DNA from: the human T2T-CHM13v2.0 reference genome, Homo sapiens
DNA: 64,000 nucleotides
Strand: one strand, 5' to 3'
Assembly (NCBI RefSeq): GCF_009914755.1
Contig: NC_060947.1
In this document: positions 22,398 to 44,196 of the stretch, piece after piece
Numbering within the stretch: the first letter of the stretch is position 1
Layout of the letters: each line of letters begins with the position of its first letter
Program-made: the position numbers and the translations under genes
The notes under the pieces: model-generated
What the model was told of the DNA's origin: nothing
Databases searched by the model: none
What the model saw: the letters and a program-made list of their open reading frames with translations, nothing else

Positions 22398-22831
22398 AAC
22401 ACCACATACAACTAAGCCCCCTAATCTACAAGAAGCAGAAGCAACTACTGTATTGTGCATCCAATTCATCCAAAAAAAGCAATAATCTCGGTTGAGGCCA
22501 CAGAATAATATCTGGTATACATATATTGTTATTATATACACGTTTCATTTTTTATCTTTTTAGGACAGTGTTTCCTGGTGAATTATACAATTAATACACT
22601 GAAGTTTTTTATCTTTAAAAACACTGCCACTTTGGATTTAAGTTTCATATCAAGTCTTGTGTTAACCATTGCAGAAATATCTTCTGTAGTCATACTTAAG
22701 TTATTTTGACCAGTCTACATTAAACTTAAGACACAGGCACTATGTTCAAAAGTTCTATCATATCAAAATTCTCATTGACACCACAAATAAATATGCTTCA
22801 CTGGGCATTATTATTTATGTCTATGCAACAG

Positions 22832-23899
22832 AAAACACCAAAAGCAATGGCAACAAAAGCCAAAATTGACAAATGGGATCCAGTTAAACTAAAGAGCTTC
22901 TGCACAGCAAAAGAAACTACCATCAGAGTGAACAGGCAACCTACAGAATGGGAGAAAATTTTTGCAATCTACTCATCTGACAAAGAGCTAATATCCAGAA
23001 TCTACAAAGAACTCAAACAAATTTACAAGAAAAAACAAACAACCCCATCAAAAAGTGGGCAAAGGATATGAACAGACACTTCTCAAAAGAAGACATTTAT
23101 GCAGCCAAAAGATACGTGAAAAAATGCTCATCATCACTGGCCATCAGAGAAATGCAAATCAAAACCACAATGAGATACCATCTCACACCAGTTAGAATGG
23201 CGATCATTAAAAAGTCAGGAAACAACAGGTGCTGGAGAGGATGTGGAGAAATAGGAACACTTTTACTCTGTTGGTGGGACTGTAAACTAGTTCAACCATT
23301 GTGGAAGACAGTGTGGCAATTCCTCAAGGGTCTAGAACTAGAAATACCATTTGACCCAGCCATCCCATTACTGGGTATATACCCAAAGGATTATAAATCA
23401 TGCTGCTATAAAGACACATGCACACGTATGTTCATTGTGGCACTATTCACAATAGGAAAGACTTGGAACCAACCCAAATGTCCAACAATGATAGACTGGA
23501 TTAAGAAAATGTGGCATATATACACCATGGAATATTATGCAGCCATAAAAAGGATGAGTCCCTGTCCTATGTAGGGACATGGATGAAGCTGGAAACCATC
23601 ATTCTCAGCAAACTATCGCAAGGACAAAAAACCAAACACTGCATGTTCTCACTCATAGGTGGGAATTGAACAATGAGAACACTTGGACACAGGAAGGGGA
23701 ACATCACACACCGGGGCCTTTCATGGGGTGGGAGAAGGGGGTAGGGATAGCATTAGGAGATATACCTAATGTAAATGAGGAGTTAATGGGTGCAGCACAC
23801 CAACATGGCACATGTATACATAAGTAACAAACCTGCATGTTGTGCACATGTACCCTAGAACTTAAAGTATAATAAAAAAAGAAGGTACTAAAAAAAAAA
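22832..23899 (+). mobile_element. 5'-truncated L1PA5-like 3' end
   Basis: ORF2 C-terminus (23068-23574), 3'UTR and interrupted poly(A); no TSD found. Confidence 0.92.
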
Positions 23900-24979
23900 G
23901 AATACGTTGTGTGACTCAGTAGACACTTTTTTGTAAAGTTGTCATCTGTAAGAGAGCTAATGCCTGGGCAATCTTTTCCCTTAATATATAACTACATAAC
24001 TGCATTTTACAACAGGATTGCTTATTTTATTCACTTTCCAAAATAAACCCAGTTGAAATTTCAGTCCTTTTCTTGAATTATTTTTCATTACACAGATTTT
24101 CTATGTATATATTATATACATATATAATATATATATATATATGAAAACCATATTTTTATGTGAAATTTCCTGAATGTTTAATGTTGGCAACTAATTCAAC
24201 TATATGCAACACATCTCTCGCCACACCCAGCCCATAGTCCACCACTTTGTAAACTTTTTCTAGTGATTAATTGATTTGGAATGTAGTATTGAATGTATTC
24301 CTTCTACTACAGTAATAAAAAGTGTGAGCTCTGCAAACATATTTAAATTCCAGCTCTGCTCCTTCCTAGCTATGCAATTGTGGGCAAATTACTTTTTCTA
24401 TCTAACCCTCATTTTTCTCACCTGCAAAATGGGGTTAATCAAATTACGTTAGAGGTACTTCATAATTTATAATGTAAGGAATTTAGAATAGTGCCTAGTA
24501 AAAAGCAAGTATCAGTAAATGTTAGCTTTTGTTATTTAATAATGAAAATTGTATAAAATATCACATTGCCCCTTCTCCCTGGCTGCAAGAAAGCTTACCA
24601 TTAAATTGAATGCTCTACCACAGCAACTATATTAGCCATTGTGTTTGGTGTGTTTGCTTCCTCCTTTTCAGGGTTTTGATTGTCTATTTCAATTTTCAGA
24701 GCTTTATTATACACTTGAATATAAGAAGTTTCAAATTCTTTTTGGAAGAAGGAAGGATAAAAGCAACCAAAACTTTAAAAAATAAAAATTAAGTTCCATG
24801 AAATTTTTGTGAACAACATGAAGGAAATTAGGTCATCTAGCTCTATAATTAGGTGGATTTATAACAGGTTCAATGATTGTACACTAAAAAGTATCAATTA
24901 ATGGATTGCTGTTAACCTGGAGATTAATCTATGCTGCCACGAAGGTTCTGGCCTCAGTTTTGCTGTTTGTCAAATTATC

Positions 24980-25198
24980 TGGAGTTAGAAAACTATGGCC
25001 TGCAGTCCAGCTGCTCTGCTTGTTTTTATGAATAAAGTTTTACTGGAATAAAAGCCACACACATTTGTTTATGATTAGTCTACGGCTACTTTTGCACCAC
25101 GACGGCAGAGTTGACTAGTTGTGACAGAGACTGTGTGGCCCACAAGCCCAAAATGTATACTTATATCTTAACCTGTAAGAAAAGTTTGCAGACCCCTG
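24980..25198. mobile_element. MER58A-like MITE
   Basis: AATAAAGTTTTACTGGAA...TGGCCCACAAGCC...AAGTTTGCAGACCCCTG. Confidence 0.75.
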
Positions 25199-25498
25199 AA
25201 TTAGATGAAGACAGGTGGCAATACCAAATTTGAAGATGACACAAACTGGGAGGAATAGTTAATACACTGCATGATAGAAGTGAAATTCACAAAGATCAGA
25301 AGAACTGAAAAAATAGGCTGTAACAATCAGGCTGAAATTTAATAGTTTATAAAGTATGGTTAATGGGTTCTTAACCATAAAAGTGGAGGATATGAGGCAT
25401 ATAGTTTCATAAGTCCAGGAAATTAACCATATGATGTAGCTGCCAGAAAAGAACTATTTTAAATGTTGTCTGCATTAAAAGAAATACAGGGTCTAAAA

Positions 25499-25630
25499 CA
25501 GTGCTGCCCAATAGAACTTCCCTGTGACAATGGAAATTTTTTTAATCTGTAATGTCCAATAAGGCAGCCATTAGCTACATGCAGCTATTTGGATTTGATA
25601 CATGGCTAGTGTGAAGGAGGGACTAAATTT
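25499..25630. mobile_element. MER3/MER33-like fragment
   Basis: CAGTGCTGCCCAATAGAACTT...GCCATTAGCTACATG. Confidence 0.6.
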
Positions 25631-25638
25631 TTAAAATT

Positions 25639-26049
<411 letters not shown>

Positions 26050-27425
26050 CTAACAAGATGAAAAAATGAAATAATTATCAGTTTAATTTTTGAGGAAGCT
26101 TAGTTATTTTCAATAATTTTCCTCTATTCAAAATCTACTTACTAAATGTTTGCCATATACCATGTTTTGCCTAAAAATTTATCAAAATCTTCTTTTAAAG
26201 TATTAACATCCAGTGCTGGAGAGTGTCATGACACAAGCACTCTTGCACAGATAGCAAAGTAATCTGGTGCAATCCTTTCAAAAAGCAACTTGGCAATACT
26301 ATACGCTAAGAACACTGGGGTAGAGAGCTTGGTATCTGAAGTCAGACAGATCTAAATTTGAAACCACTTGCTACTTGTATGGCCATAGGCAAGTTATGCT
26401 CTCTATACCTTAGTTTTGTCACCTGTAAAATGGAGAATATACCACCAATTTCTCAGGGTTGTTGAGAGGATTACCTGAGATAATGTATGGAAATTATATA
26501 GCAAAGAACCTAGCACTTAGTAAGCATTTAATAAATGGCAGCTGCTATTATTATTCCCTTTAAGAAATTGTGCTTCTGAAAAGTCACCTGGAATAAATAT
26601 GGGGAAAGTTTATGAACAAAAATATTAAAAGCAGTGTAGATTATAATAATAATAGAAAAGAAGTATACACTGTATGTCTATTACAGGGTAGCAATAAACT
26701 ATTGTGCAACCATTAAAACTGTTGAGTATGAAATAAAGTGGAAAAAATGAATATACACTAATATGAAAAATGTATAAGATTAGTAAGTGAAAAATTAGAA
26801 AGCAAACTTTTATGTACTATATAGTTACAATTCTGTAATAAAAGCAAAATAAACTAAGAGAAAAAATACTGAAAATAAGTGATCAAATTTCTAAAAGTGA
26901 TTGTGTTTAGATTCTATTTATTTGACAAATATTTAATGAGCATATTATCTGTACCAGGCATTGTGCTTTGTGCTGAGAACCTAGCAGTGGATAAAACATA
27001 ACAAATATTCCTGCTGTCAAGGAGCTTCTAGTGGATGGTAGGACCATGAGAATTTTTAGTATTTTCCAAAAATGTCTTAAATTATTATGTGCTATCCTTT
27101 CACAATGAAAAATGTTTATTTTTAAATTTCAATCTTTCTACTACAAAAAATATCAGTGCAATAATTGCCAGCAGTTAGGCTGACCATTTTAAGAGTAAAG
27201 TATTTTCACCAGCAAAGCAACAAACAGAATATAAAAATGCAAGTTTCATATATTCTTTCAATGCAAAATCTAGTATTTTTAAATATAAAAAACTTGGATT
27301 TGGGTTAGCCTCCTAATCTGTAATCAAACTATGACTGACATTGCAACTTCGGGAGTATCTAGATTGAGTTAAGTAAAAGCAATCTGTGAATAAAGAACAA
27401 TTTCATTTTAAACTCTGCTTCTTAC

Positions 27426-27630
27426 CTACATTTGGATAAACACTGTCATAAGGAATTATCATCCCAAACTAATGTACTTCAACTTGGTGACTCCAATCAT
27501 CTCTCTGGTCTTCCTATGTTGTCTTAGTTGGAGTAAGTGTATTATTTTAGTTGGTTAGTTGGTTTGTTTATTCCCCCAATGCAAAAAAGTAGAGTTGTCT
27601 TCCTGGTTTCTAACATTTTTCAATCTGTGT
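27426..27630 (-). other. TEX11: Candidate alternative non-coding first exon of a short TEX11 isoform (5' end approximate)
   Basis: Strong donor TAG|GTAAGA at 27426/27425 in unique sequence; all three frames are closed in the last ~90 nt; promoter motifs lie just upstream; the next exon has an in-frame ATG in strong context (GTCATGG). Confidence 0.5.
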
Positions 27631-27646
27631 ATGCTGAGGTGATACT

Positions 27647-27709
27647 GTTGCCTAGAGATGCAGAATCCCCAATACATTTGAGCTTCTGAGGTCTCTTAAG
27701 TGATTGGCT
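27647..27709 (-). promoter_or_regulatory. Putative internal promoter: NF-Y CCAAT box (AGCCAATCA, 27701-27709) and RFX X-box-like motif (GTTGCCTAGAGAT, 27647-27659)
   Basis: Motifs read directly; spacing suits a minus-strand start site near 27600-27640. Function is inferred. Confidence 0.4.
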
Positions 27710-28615
27710 AAAATTCTAGAGGCCGCCGAAAGATTCAGTAGTACTAAATTTAGGGCTACTGCCAAATTGAATTTTAGTTCTAACTATAACAAATTGTTAT
27801 TATTTATTGGATAATCAGTAACTATACTAACATATAATTTTGTATAGTACAAATAATGCAGCTCTTAAAGATTACTGAAAAGCATGTACAACATTAAAAG
27901 AATTAGAGTAAATAATTTTTATGACTAAACAAAACTGAAATGTTAAGGGCTAGTGTGCATAGTTTTGCTTCATGTAATGCATCTATATAGTAGTAATAAC
28001 AGTAATAATAATAACTACAGTAATAGGTAACATATATTGCACACTATGCACCAGGTATGGTGTTAAATGCTTTATACACATTTTCTCACAAGATTCTCAA
28101 AACAACATGATGAGGTAGATAATAATAATATCTCTTTTGCTAAATGAAGAAACAAAGCAAAGTTAAGTGACTTGCCCAATGACCAACTTTTGTGCAGTGT
28201 ACATTCTGGTCCTTGGAGAATTATGAAAAATAAATAGCAATGTTTATAAACAAGTAATTATAAAAATCACAGCATTACAAAGGCTTTTCCCATTAATAGG
28301 TAATCTTTCTTTCTTCATGGTGGTAGACAACTTCAGAAGGGTTGGGTAGCTACAGTTCTCTGCTGGACTAAAAGAAAACTGATTGCTTTTATTCAGCTTT
28401 TTTAAAAAAAAAAAACACCTTTTAAATTTGCTACTATTTTTTCTTCTTTCTCTCTTTCTTCCTGGGTGACAATATTTTCCCTTTCCTGGGTGATCATTTT
28501 CCTTCTCAGCCACCATCAAATTACACCTATTGTTAGTATACTACAAAAGATCTTATATTTAACAAATTGTAGTGATGTTTCAAAATGGTGTGCTCTTCAC
28601 ATACAGAGATCATAC

Positions 28616-28697
28616 CTTCAAGGAGTTCTTCATTAGATGTTTCGCCTTTCAAGAGGATTTTCATTTTTAAGAAAAGCCCAGGAGAACTTAAATGTTC
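28616..28697 (-). CDS. TEX11: TEX11 internal coding exon, 82 bp, [27 protein letters not shown](A)
   Basis: Acceptor tttaaaatAG and donor GTatga; phase 0-1; continues the TEX11 peptide. Confidence 0.96.
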
Positions 28698-29875
28698 CTA
28701 TTTTAAACAAAGAAATCACAATGATATTAAAATTGTGGAATGTAAAAGACAATTTTCAAGTAATTGCCTGCTTTATTCAACCACCTTGGGATAACTCATA
28801 ATCAAAGGAAATCGAAATTACAGAAGACCATATCATAACATTTGTTCTATCCCTGAGGATATTTCCCAATATTTTTTCAATCTAAATGAAATAATATATG
28901 GAAAAGAACATGTAAATATTTCCAATGAGTGACAAACATTTAATGACAAGATTAATACTTAAACTGTACAAATCTCAGGCCATATTCTTTGTAAGCAAAA
29001 CCACAAACCGGCTAGTTTTATTTTCTTTTGAGATTTATTGACTAAGGTCCTTTGCAAACAATGGCGGAATAAAATAGAAAATGTATTGTCTTTTCCATAA
29101 GATATGCCTGTCGTGTTTACCATTAATAACAACGTTATTTCTAAATCATTGTTAGTTGGCCCTAAGCCATCTGTGATCTTCCCGGTTCCACTTTCGCCTG
29201 ACAGGGTACATCTTTAAACAACTTTCTAAGACTAAAAGTACAGTCTAGGCCCACAGAACAGAACTTTTCTCTCTACAAAGCCAATTAACCCCTACATGAA
29301 CACCGTACTGATTAGCTCCATACTCTGCACATAATTACAGGTATTCATATGTGAGATGTCTTAAAAATAGAAAGTTGGAGAAAGTAAGCACTGGTATTAA
29401 AAGGGCTTGCAAATATAGATGACACTAGTACAAAGAATAAACTGAAGTTGCCAATTTTGATTTATTGCATTACCATCTTTCCTGTAGGTTTGTTGAAGTA
29501 TGTGTTGGATTCAATTCCCTTTTATCTTCAGAGACATAGAGGTCTTCCAGATCTTGGCAACATCTGTTTTCCTTGAGTCTGCTATTCTCACACAAATTTA
29601 ACATTCTGGTTTTTTTCTACCAAACAATTCCAGATATGATTTTCACTGATTTCATTACCAAACAACCCCAGATAATGGACATTTTACTTCTGTTATCATC
29701 ATGTCTTCACTTCTGTAAACATTTGCACCGTATATTGTCCATCCTTATTGTCTCTTAAAACTACACTTCCAGAAGTCATGAAGATTGCCTGCTAAATCCA
29801 TCAGCTTTCTCCCTACTATCAAAATCCTTGTCTTCTCTGTAACTTTTCCCACTGTTATTTCTCATTCTTCATAGC

Positions 29876-30479
<604 letters not shown>

Positions 30480-30935
30480 TAACTTACCCATGGTCACACA
30501 ACTGGTAAGTAGTAGAGCTGAAATTTGAATTCAGATCTCTCTGACTCTAAAGGACATAATCTTTCCATTACAATATGCTGCCTCCCTTGAAGCTCTGTCT
30601 ATCATGGCAGGCATTACTACACTATCTGGATATTTTGCAAGCTCTAAAGATAATGTACTCACTTCTAGTGTGAAGTGTATCATACACATACACACATACA
30701 CACACATGAGTATATAAACATATGTATATGCAATGTATATGTATAGTTTACAGAATAATAATAAAACAAACACCGGTGTCCTCACTACCAAGGTTAAGAA
30801 ACAGATTATTGCCACATAAAAAGCCTCAAATGTATCCTTACCCATAGGCATCCTCCTCACCTCACAGAGGTAAACACCATCCTGAATTTTGTGCAGTAAT
30901 TCCCTTGCTTTTCTTTATATATACACAATATACAG

Positions 30936-31320
30936 TTGCTATGGACCGAATGTTTGTGTCTTTCTAAAATTCATATATTGAATATCTAATCCCCAATGTG
31001 ATGGTATTTTGAGGTGGGGGCTTTGGGAGGTAATTTGGTCATGAGGGCTGAGCCCTCATGAATGGGATAAGTGCCCTTATAAGAAAAGACATGAGAGAGA
31101 TGAGAGATGATCTCTCTCTCTCTCTCTTTCTCTGCCAAATGAAGATATAGAAAGAAGGTGGCCATCTTCAAACCAAGACAAAGGCCCTCACCAGGAACCA
31201 AAAAGGCTGGTATTTTGATCTTGGACATCTCAGTCCCTAGAAGTGTGAGACATAAAGTTCTGTTGCTTAAGCCACCCAGTTTATAGTATTTAGTTATAAC
31301 AGCTCAAGCTAGCCAACACA
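30936..31320 (+). mobile_element. MaLR solo LTR (MSTD/MLT1A-like)
   Basis: TGCTATGGACCGAATGTTTGTGTC...TTAAGCCACCCAGT. Confidence 0.75.
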
Positions 31321-31530
31321 ATTATTTAGTTTTGCCTACATTTGAACTTCACTTAAACAGAATCATAATGTATCTAAGTTCTTCTGTGATTCCTTTCATT
31401 CAAATCATGTTTTTTCAGATTCAACCATGTAGATATGTGAAACTTATTTGTTTTCATTACTATACAGCATGGCTGTCAAAGGGTGGTCCCTGAATCAGCA
31501 CCATCTGGGAACTTGTAAGAAATGCAAGCC

Positions 31531-37676
<6,146 letters not shown>

Positions 37677-38159
37677 AAGAAATGCAAGCCCCATCCAAAA
37701 CCTACTAAATGAGAAACTCTGGGAGTATTGCCTAGCAAATTGTATGTGCATGTGTGGGGGAAAATGTGTAAAATAATTATTATTGATTTGCATTATGGAA
37801 AGTTTCCAATTCAACATAAATTCTATTATCTGTTTAGTAAGGTAACAAATGAGCAAACTGTGTTTAACAGACACTCTAGGTAATACTTACACAAGCTAAA
37901 TATTAAGAACAACTGTTGTATAGTACTCTGTTTTATGAATAATTCACACTTTATTTGCACATTCTACTTTGGATATTTAAGCTGTTTCCAACGCAATTGC
38001 TATTATGAACAATCCTGGAATCAGCATTCTGTATACCTCTCCTTGTATACAAATGCTAGCGCTTCACTACCTAGGAGTGAAGTTGCTGGGTGGTCCAGTA
38101 TGATCAAATTTTATTTTATCAAGTAACTTCAAACTGTTTTTTAACGTGGTTGTACAATT

Positions 38160-39540
<1,381 letters not shown>

Positions 39541-39649
39541 ATGCCTTTTATATTTATTTCATTGCACTAATACATTTTCAAAGGTAATTTTGTGAAACAA
39601 CATAGGCATACCAAATTTTAATTTCTCCTTTAAAAATTTACTATCAGAT

Positions 39650-41244
39650 TCAGTTCCAGCAGATATGAAGCAAGACAACTAAGCCTATACCTTCTACTAA
39701 TTACAACTAAGAACTCTGAACAAGATATAAAAAGCAACAACCTGAGGACTCTTAAAAGTAAACAAAAACAAAGATTGTAGTGAGGCAACAAAACTTGGAG
39801 AAGTGAACCATATGGAGGTGGTAAGTTTCCTGAGTTTTTTTCTTTTATCTAATGGCATAGGAAGTTTGTCTTCTAGCTAAGCTCTGAGTGAGGCAAAAAA
39901 AAAAAAAAAGTTTGTGTAGATAAGTTTTTTGGTTTGGATAATTTTTTAATGGGCTCTGCCTTCATGTAGATACAGAGTTCAAATTTACATTACTCATGTG
40001 GTCCAAAAACCTCCAATCTGAGAAAGTAAAATAAAAGTAACCAAAAGAGTGGTAACTCTTTTACATCTGGCTGATGCCAATAAAAAGTTTCTCTGCAGGG
40101 CCATGCTCTCAATCCAGGTTGAATAGGATTCTAAAAACTTAACACTCACTGAACATAAATTAACATATCCATAATTACAAAACAAAGAAGGAAATATTTC
40201 ATACTAAGCAAGAGTCAGGAGTTCACATGAACAGCGGGATCAAATCGTTTCCAAATAACTTGCCTGTTTCCCATAATAAAGCTCAATAAGATTTATAGTA
40301 TTACAAAAATATCCAGCAGCCAACGATGTAAAATAGTTGGCACCCAGTGAAAGACAGAGCAGGCAAAAACAATCAATAATGGGGAGATAATAGATGGAAA
40401 CTAATCTAGAAGTGACATAGATATTAGAATTATCAAAGAAAGACATTAAAAGAGTAAGTATAACTGTATTTCGTATGCTCAAAAATTTAACTAGAGACTT
40501 GGAAGATATAAAAATAAACCAAATCAAACTTTTAGAGATAAAAACTACAAAGTCTGAAATGAAAAATATATGGGATGAGATTAACAGATGATTAGACATT
40601 GCAGAAGAAAGATTAATGAACTTAAAAGTAATAGCAATACAAAACAGTCCAAAATGAAACAAAAATAACAAATTATGTTTTAAGTGAAAAGAGTATAAGC
40701 AAACTATGGCACAACTTCAGGCAGCCTAATACATGGTTAATTAGAGTACTTGGGGGAAAGCAGAAAAAAAATTTGAAGAAATACTGGAACTTTTCAAACA
40801 TAATGAAAATTATGCTCCTAGACATCCAAAAAATCACAAAGAGCCCCAAGCACGAGAAACGTAAATAAAATTACTTAAAAGCATAACATCAAGTTGCTCA
40901 AAACCAATGATAAAAAATCCAAAACTTATTCAGAAAAGAAGACACGCTATATAAAAAAGAACAAACATAAGAATGGCACCATATTTCTCAACAGAAACAA
41001 CAGAATGAGAATACAGTGGAATGAAATATTTAAAATACCCCCCCCCAAAAAAAGCTGTCTGGTTTAAATTCTATACCTGGAAAAAATATCATTCAAAAAA
41101 CAAAGGTGAACCTAACACTCATAATGATGTCTATTATTAAAAAATAGAAGATAACAAGTGCTGCTGAAGACGTGAAGAAATTGCAACCCTTGTGCACTAT
41201 AGATGGGAATTTAAAATGATACAGTTGCTAAGAAAAATAGTATG
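39650..41244 (+). mobile_element. Old L1M 5'/ORF1 and 3' remnants
   Basis: A-rich ORF1-like coiled-coil remnants (40400-41100); approximate. Confidence 0.6.
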
Positions 41245-42481
41245 GCTGATATGCAGAAAACAGAAACTGGACCCCTTCCTTACACTTTATACAAAAATTA
41301 ACTCAAAATGGATTAAAGACTTAAATGTAAAACCAAAACAATAAAAACCCTAGAAGAAAACTTAGGCAATACCATTCAGGACATAGGCATAGGCAAAGAC
41401 TTCATGTCTAAAACACCAAAAGCAATTCCAACAAAAGCCAAAATTGACAAATGGGATCTAATTAAACTAAAGAGCTTCTGCAGGGCAAAAGAAATTATCT
41501 TCAGAGTGAACAGGCAATCTACAGAATGGGAGAAAATTTTTACAATCTACCCATCTAACAAAAGTTTAATATCCAGAATCTACAAGGAACTTAAACAAAT
41601 TTATAAGAAAAAAACAAACAACCCCATCAAAAAGTGGGCAAAGGATATAAACAGACACTTCTCAAAAGAAGACATTTATGCGGCCAACAAACATGAAAAA
41701 AAGCTCATCATCACTGGTCATTAAAGAAATGCAAATCAAAACCACAATGAGATAACATCTCACGACAGTTAAAATGACAATTATTAAAAAGTCAGGAAAC
41801 AACAGATGCTGGTAAGGTTGTGGAGAAATAGGAACGCTCTTACACTTTTGGTGGTAGTGTAAATTAGTTCAACCATTGTAAAAGACAGTGTGGTGATTCC
41901 TCAAGGATCTAGAACCAGAAATACCATTTGTCCCAGCAATCCCATTACTGGGTATATACCCGAAGGATTATAAGTCATTCTGCTGTAAAGACACAGGTAC
42001 ACGTATATTTATTGCAGCACTATTTACAATAGCAAGGACTTGGAACCAACCCAAATACCCATCAATGATAGACTGGATAAAGAAAATGTGGCACATATAC
42101 AGCATGGAATACTATGCAGCCATAAAAAAGAATGAGTTCATGTCCTTTGCAGGGACATGGATGAAGCTGGAAACCATCATTCTCAGCAAACTAACACAGG
42201 AACAGAAAACCAAACACCACATGTTCTCACTCATAAGTGGGAGTAGAACAATGAGAACACATGGACACAGGGAGGGGAACATCCACACACTAGGGCCTGT
42301 TAGGGGGTGGGAGGCACGGGGAGGGAGAGGATTAGGACAAATACCTAATGCAGGCAAGGGCTTAAAACCTAGGTGACGGGTTGATAGGTGCAGCAAACCA
42401 CCATGGCACATGTATACCTATGTAACAAACCTGCACATTCTGCACATGTATCCTAGAACTTAAAGTAAAATTTAAAAAAAG
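41245..42481 (+). mobile_element. 5'-truncated L1PA7-like 3' end
   Basis: ORF2 C-terminus; 3'UTR CTTAAAACCTAG...GGGTTGATAGGTGCAGCAAACCACCATGG; poly(A). Confidence 0.9.
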
Positions 42482-42722
42482 AAAATATTCCTGTCTATAA
42501 ATATTTCTACATTAATTTTTTAATTTTAATGTTGAACAAGTTTTTCAGCATTAAATAACCCCATCCACATAACATAAATTTCAGGAAAATATAGTTCAAG
42601 TAAATGCTCTGTTTGACAAATTTAACATTCTGGTTGATCGAGCTATTCATTTTCATGCTTCCACTCTGTTGAAAAAAACCTTTCTAAAGTGTATCAGTAT
42701 ATTTAATTGCCTTATTAAGTAA

Positions 42723-43061
<339 letters not shown>

Positions 43062-43129
43062 TGAATCTATTTTTAAAGGGTCACCAGCCTTTCAGTGTTC
43101 CTTGTCCAGGAGTGTAGATATATACACAT

Positions 43130-43306
43130 TTTGTTTTGTTTGTTTTAGAGATGGGGTCTTGCTATTATGTTGCCCAGGCTGAAGTGCAGTGACTATTCAT
43201 AGATGCAATCATAGTGCACTGCAGCCTTGAACTCCTGGCCTCAAGCAAATCTCCCACATTGGCCTCCTGAGCAACTGGAAATACAGGCATGTGTCACCAC
43301 GCCCGC
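43130..43306 (-). mobile_element. Alu monomer/FLAM-like
   Basis: TTGCCCAGGCTGAAGTGCAGTGACTATTCA. Confidence 0.75.
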
Positions 43307-43504
43307 TTTGTATTCATGTTTTTAGGTATGTGTGAACATGAGCTGAAAGTCAACCACTGGAGTTGTTTTTAAAATTAAATCCCATTATTCTGCGTATTTT
43401 ATCATTTACTTCTTCATCCTAAAAACTCACAGTAGAGAGATCCCTTTCTGTTTCACAGAAAAGAAAATTTTCTCAAAAATCTCTGGTGTTCAAAGAAGTA
43501 TATT

Positions 43505-43902
43505 TGTTTTAGTCTGTTCATGCTGCTATAACAAAATACCATAAACTAGATACTTTACAAACAACAGATATTGATTTCTCACAGTTCTGAAGGCTGGGAA
43601 CTCCAACATCAAGGTGCTCGCAGATTCGGTGTCTGGTGAGGGCCTGCTTACTCAAAGATAGTGCCTTCTCATGTCCTCACATGATAAAAGGGGTGAACAA
43701 ACTCCTGTGGACCTCTTTTATAAGGGCAGTAATACCATTCAAGAGGGGTTTGCCCAATGACTTTATCATCTCCCAAAGTCCCCACCTTTTTTATTTTTAC
43801 GTCCATTCTACACCAAAAAGTCCCCACCTCTTAATATCATCACTTTGGGGGTTAAGATTTCAACATAGGAATTTGCGGGGACACAAACATTCAGATTATA
43901 GC
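43505..43902 (-). mobile_element. MaLR solo LTR (MSTD/MLT1A-like)
   Basis: TTAGTCTGTTCATGCTGCTATAACAAAATACC...CATTCAGATTATAGCA. Confidence 0.8.
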
Positions 43903-44034
43903 AATATTTTATTTTTCCTTTCTGTGCTATAGAAGAGATTATAACAATCTGTGAGAGTAAATGCTGAAGCAAATGTCTAAACTGGATTTCAAAATGTGAT
44001 CAAGACTTCAAAAAATACATTAAGTTAGTATTCA

Positions 44035-44196
<162 letters not shown>

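Noticed and set aside
27426-27513. Internal coding cassette exon
   Set aside because: Stops in all three frames and a purine-rich acceptor; kept only as a candidate first exon.
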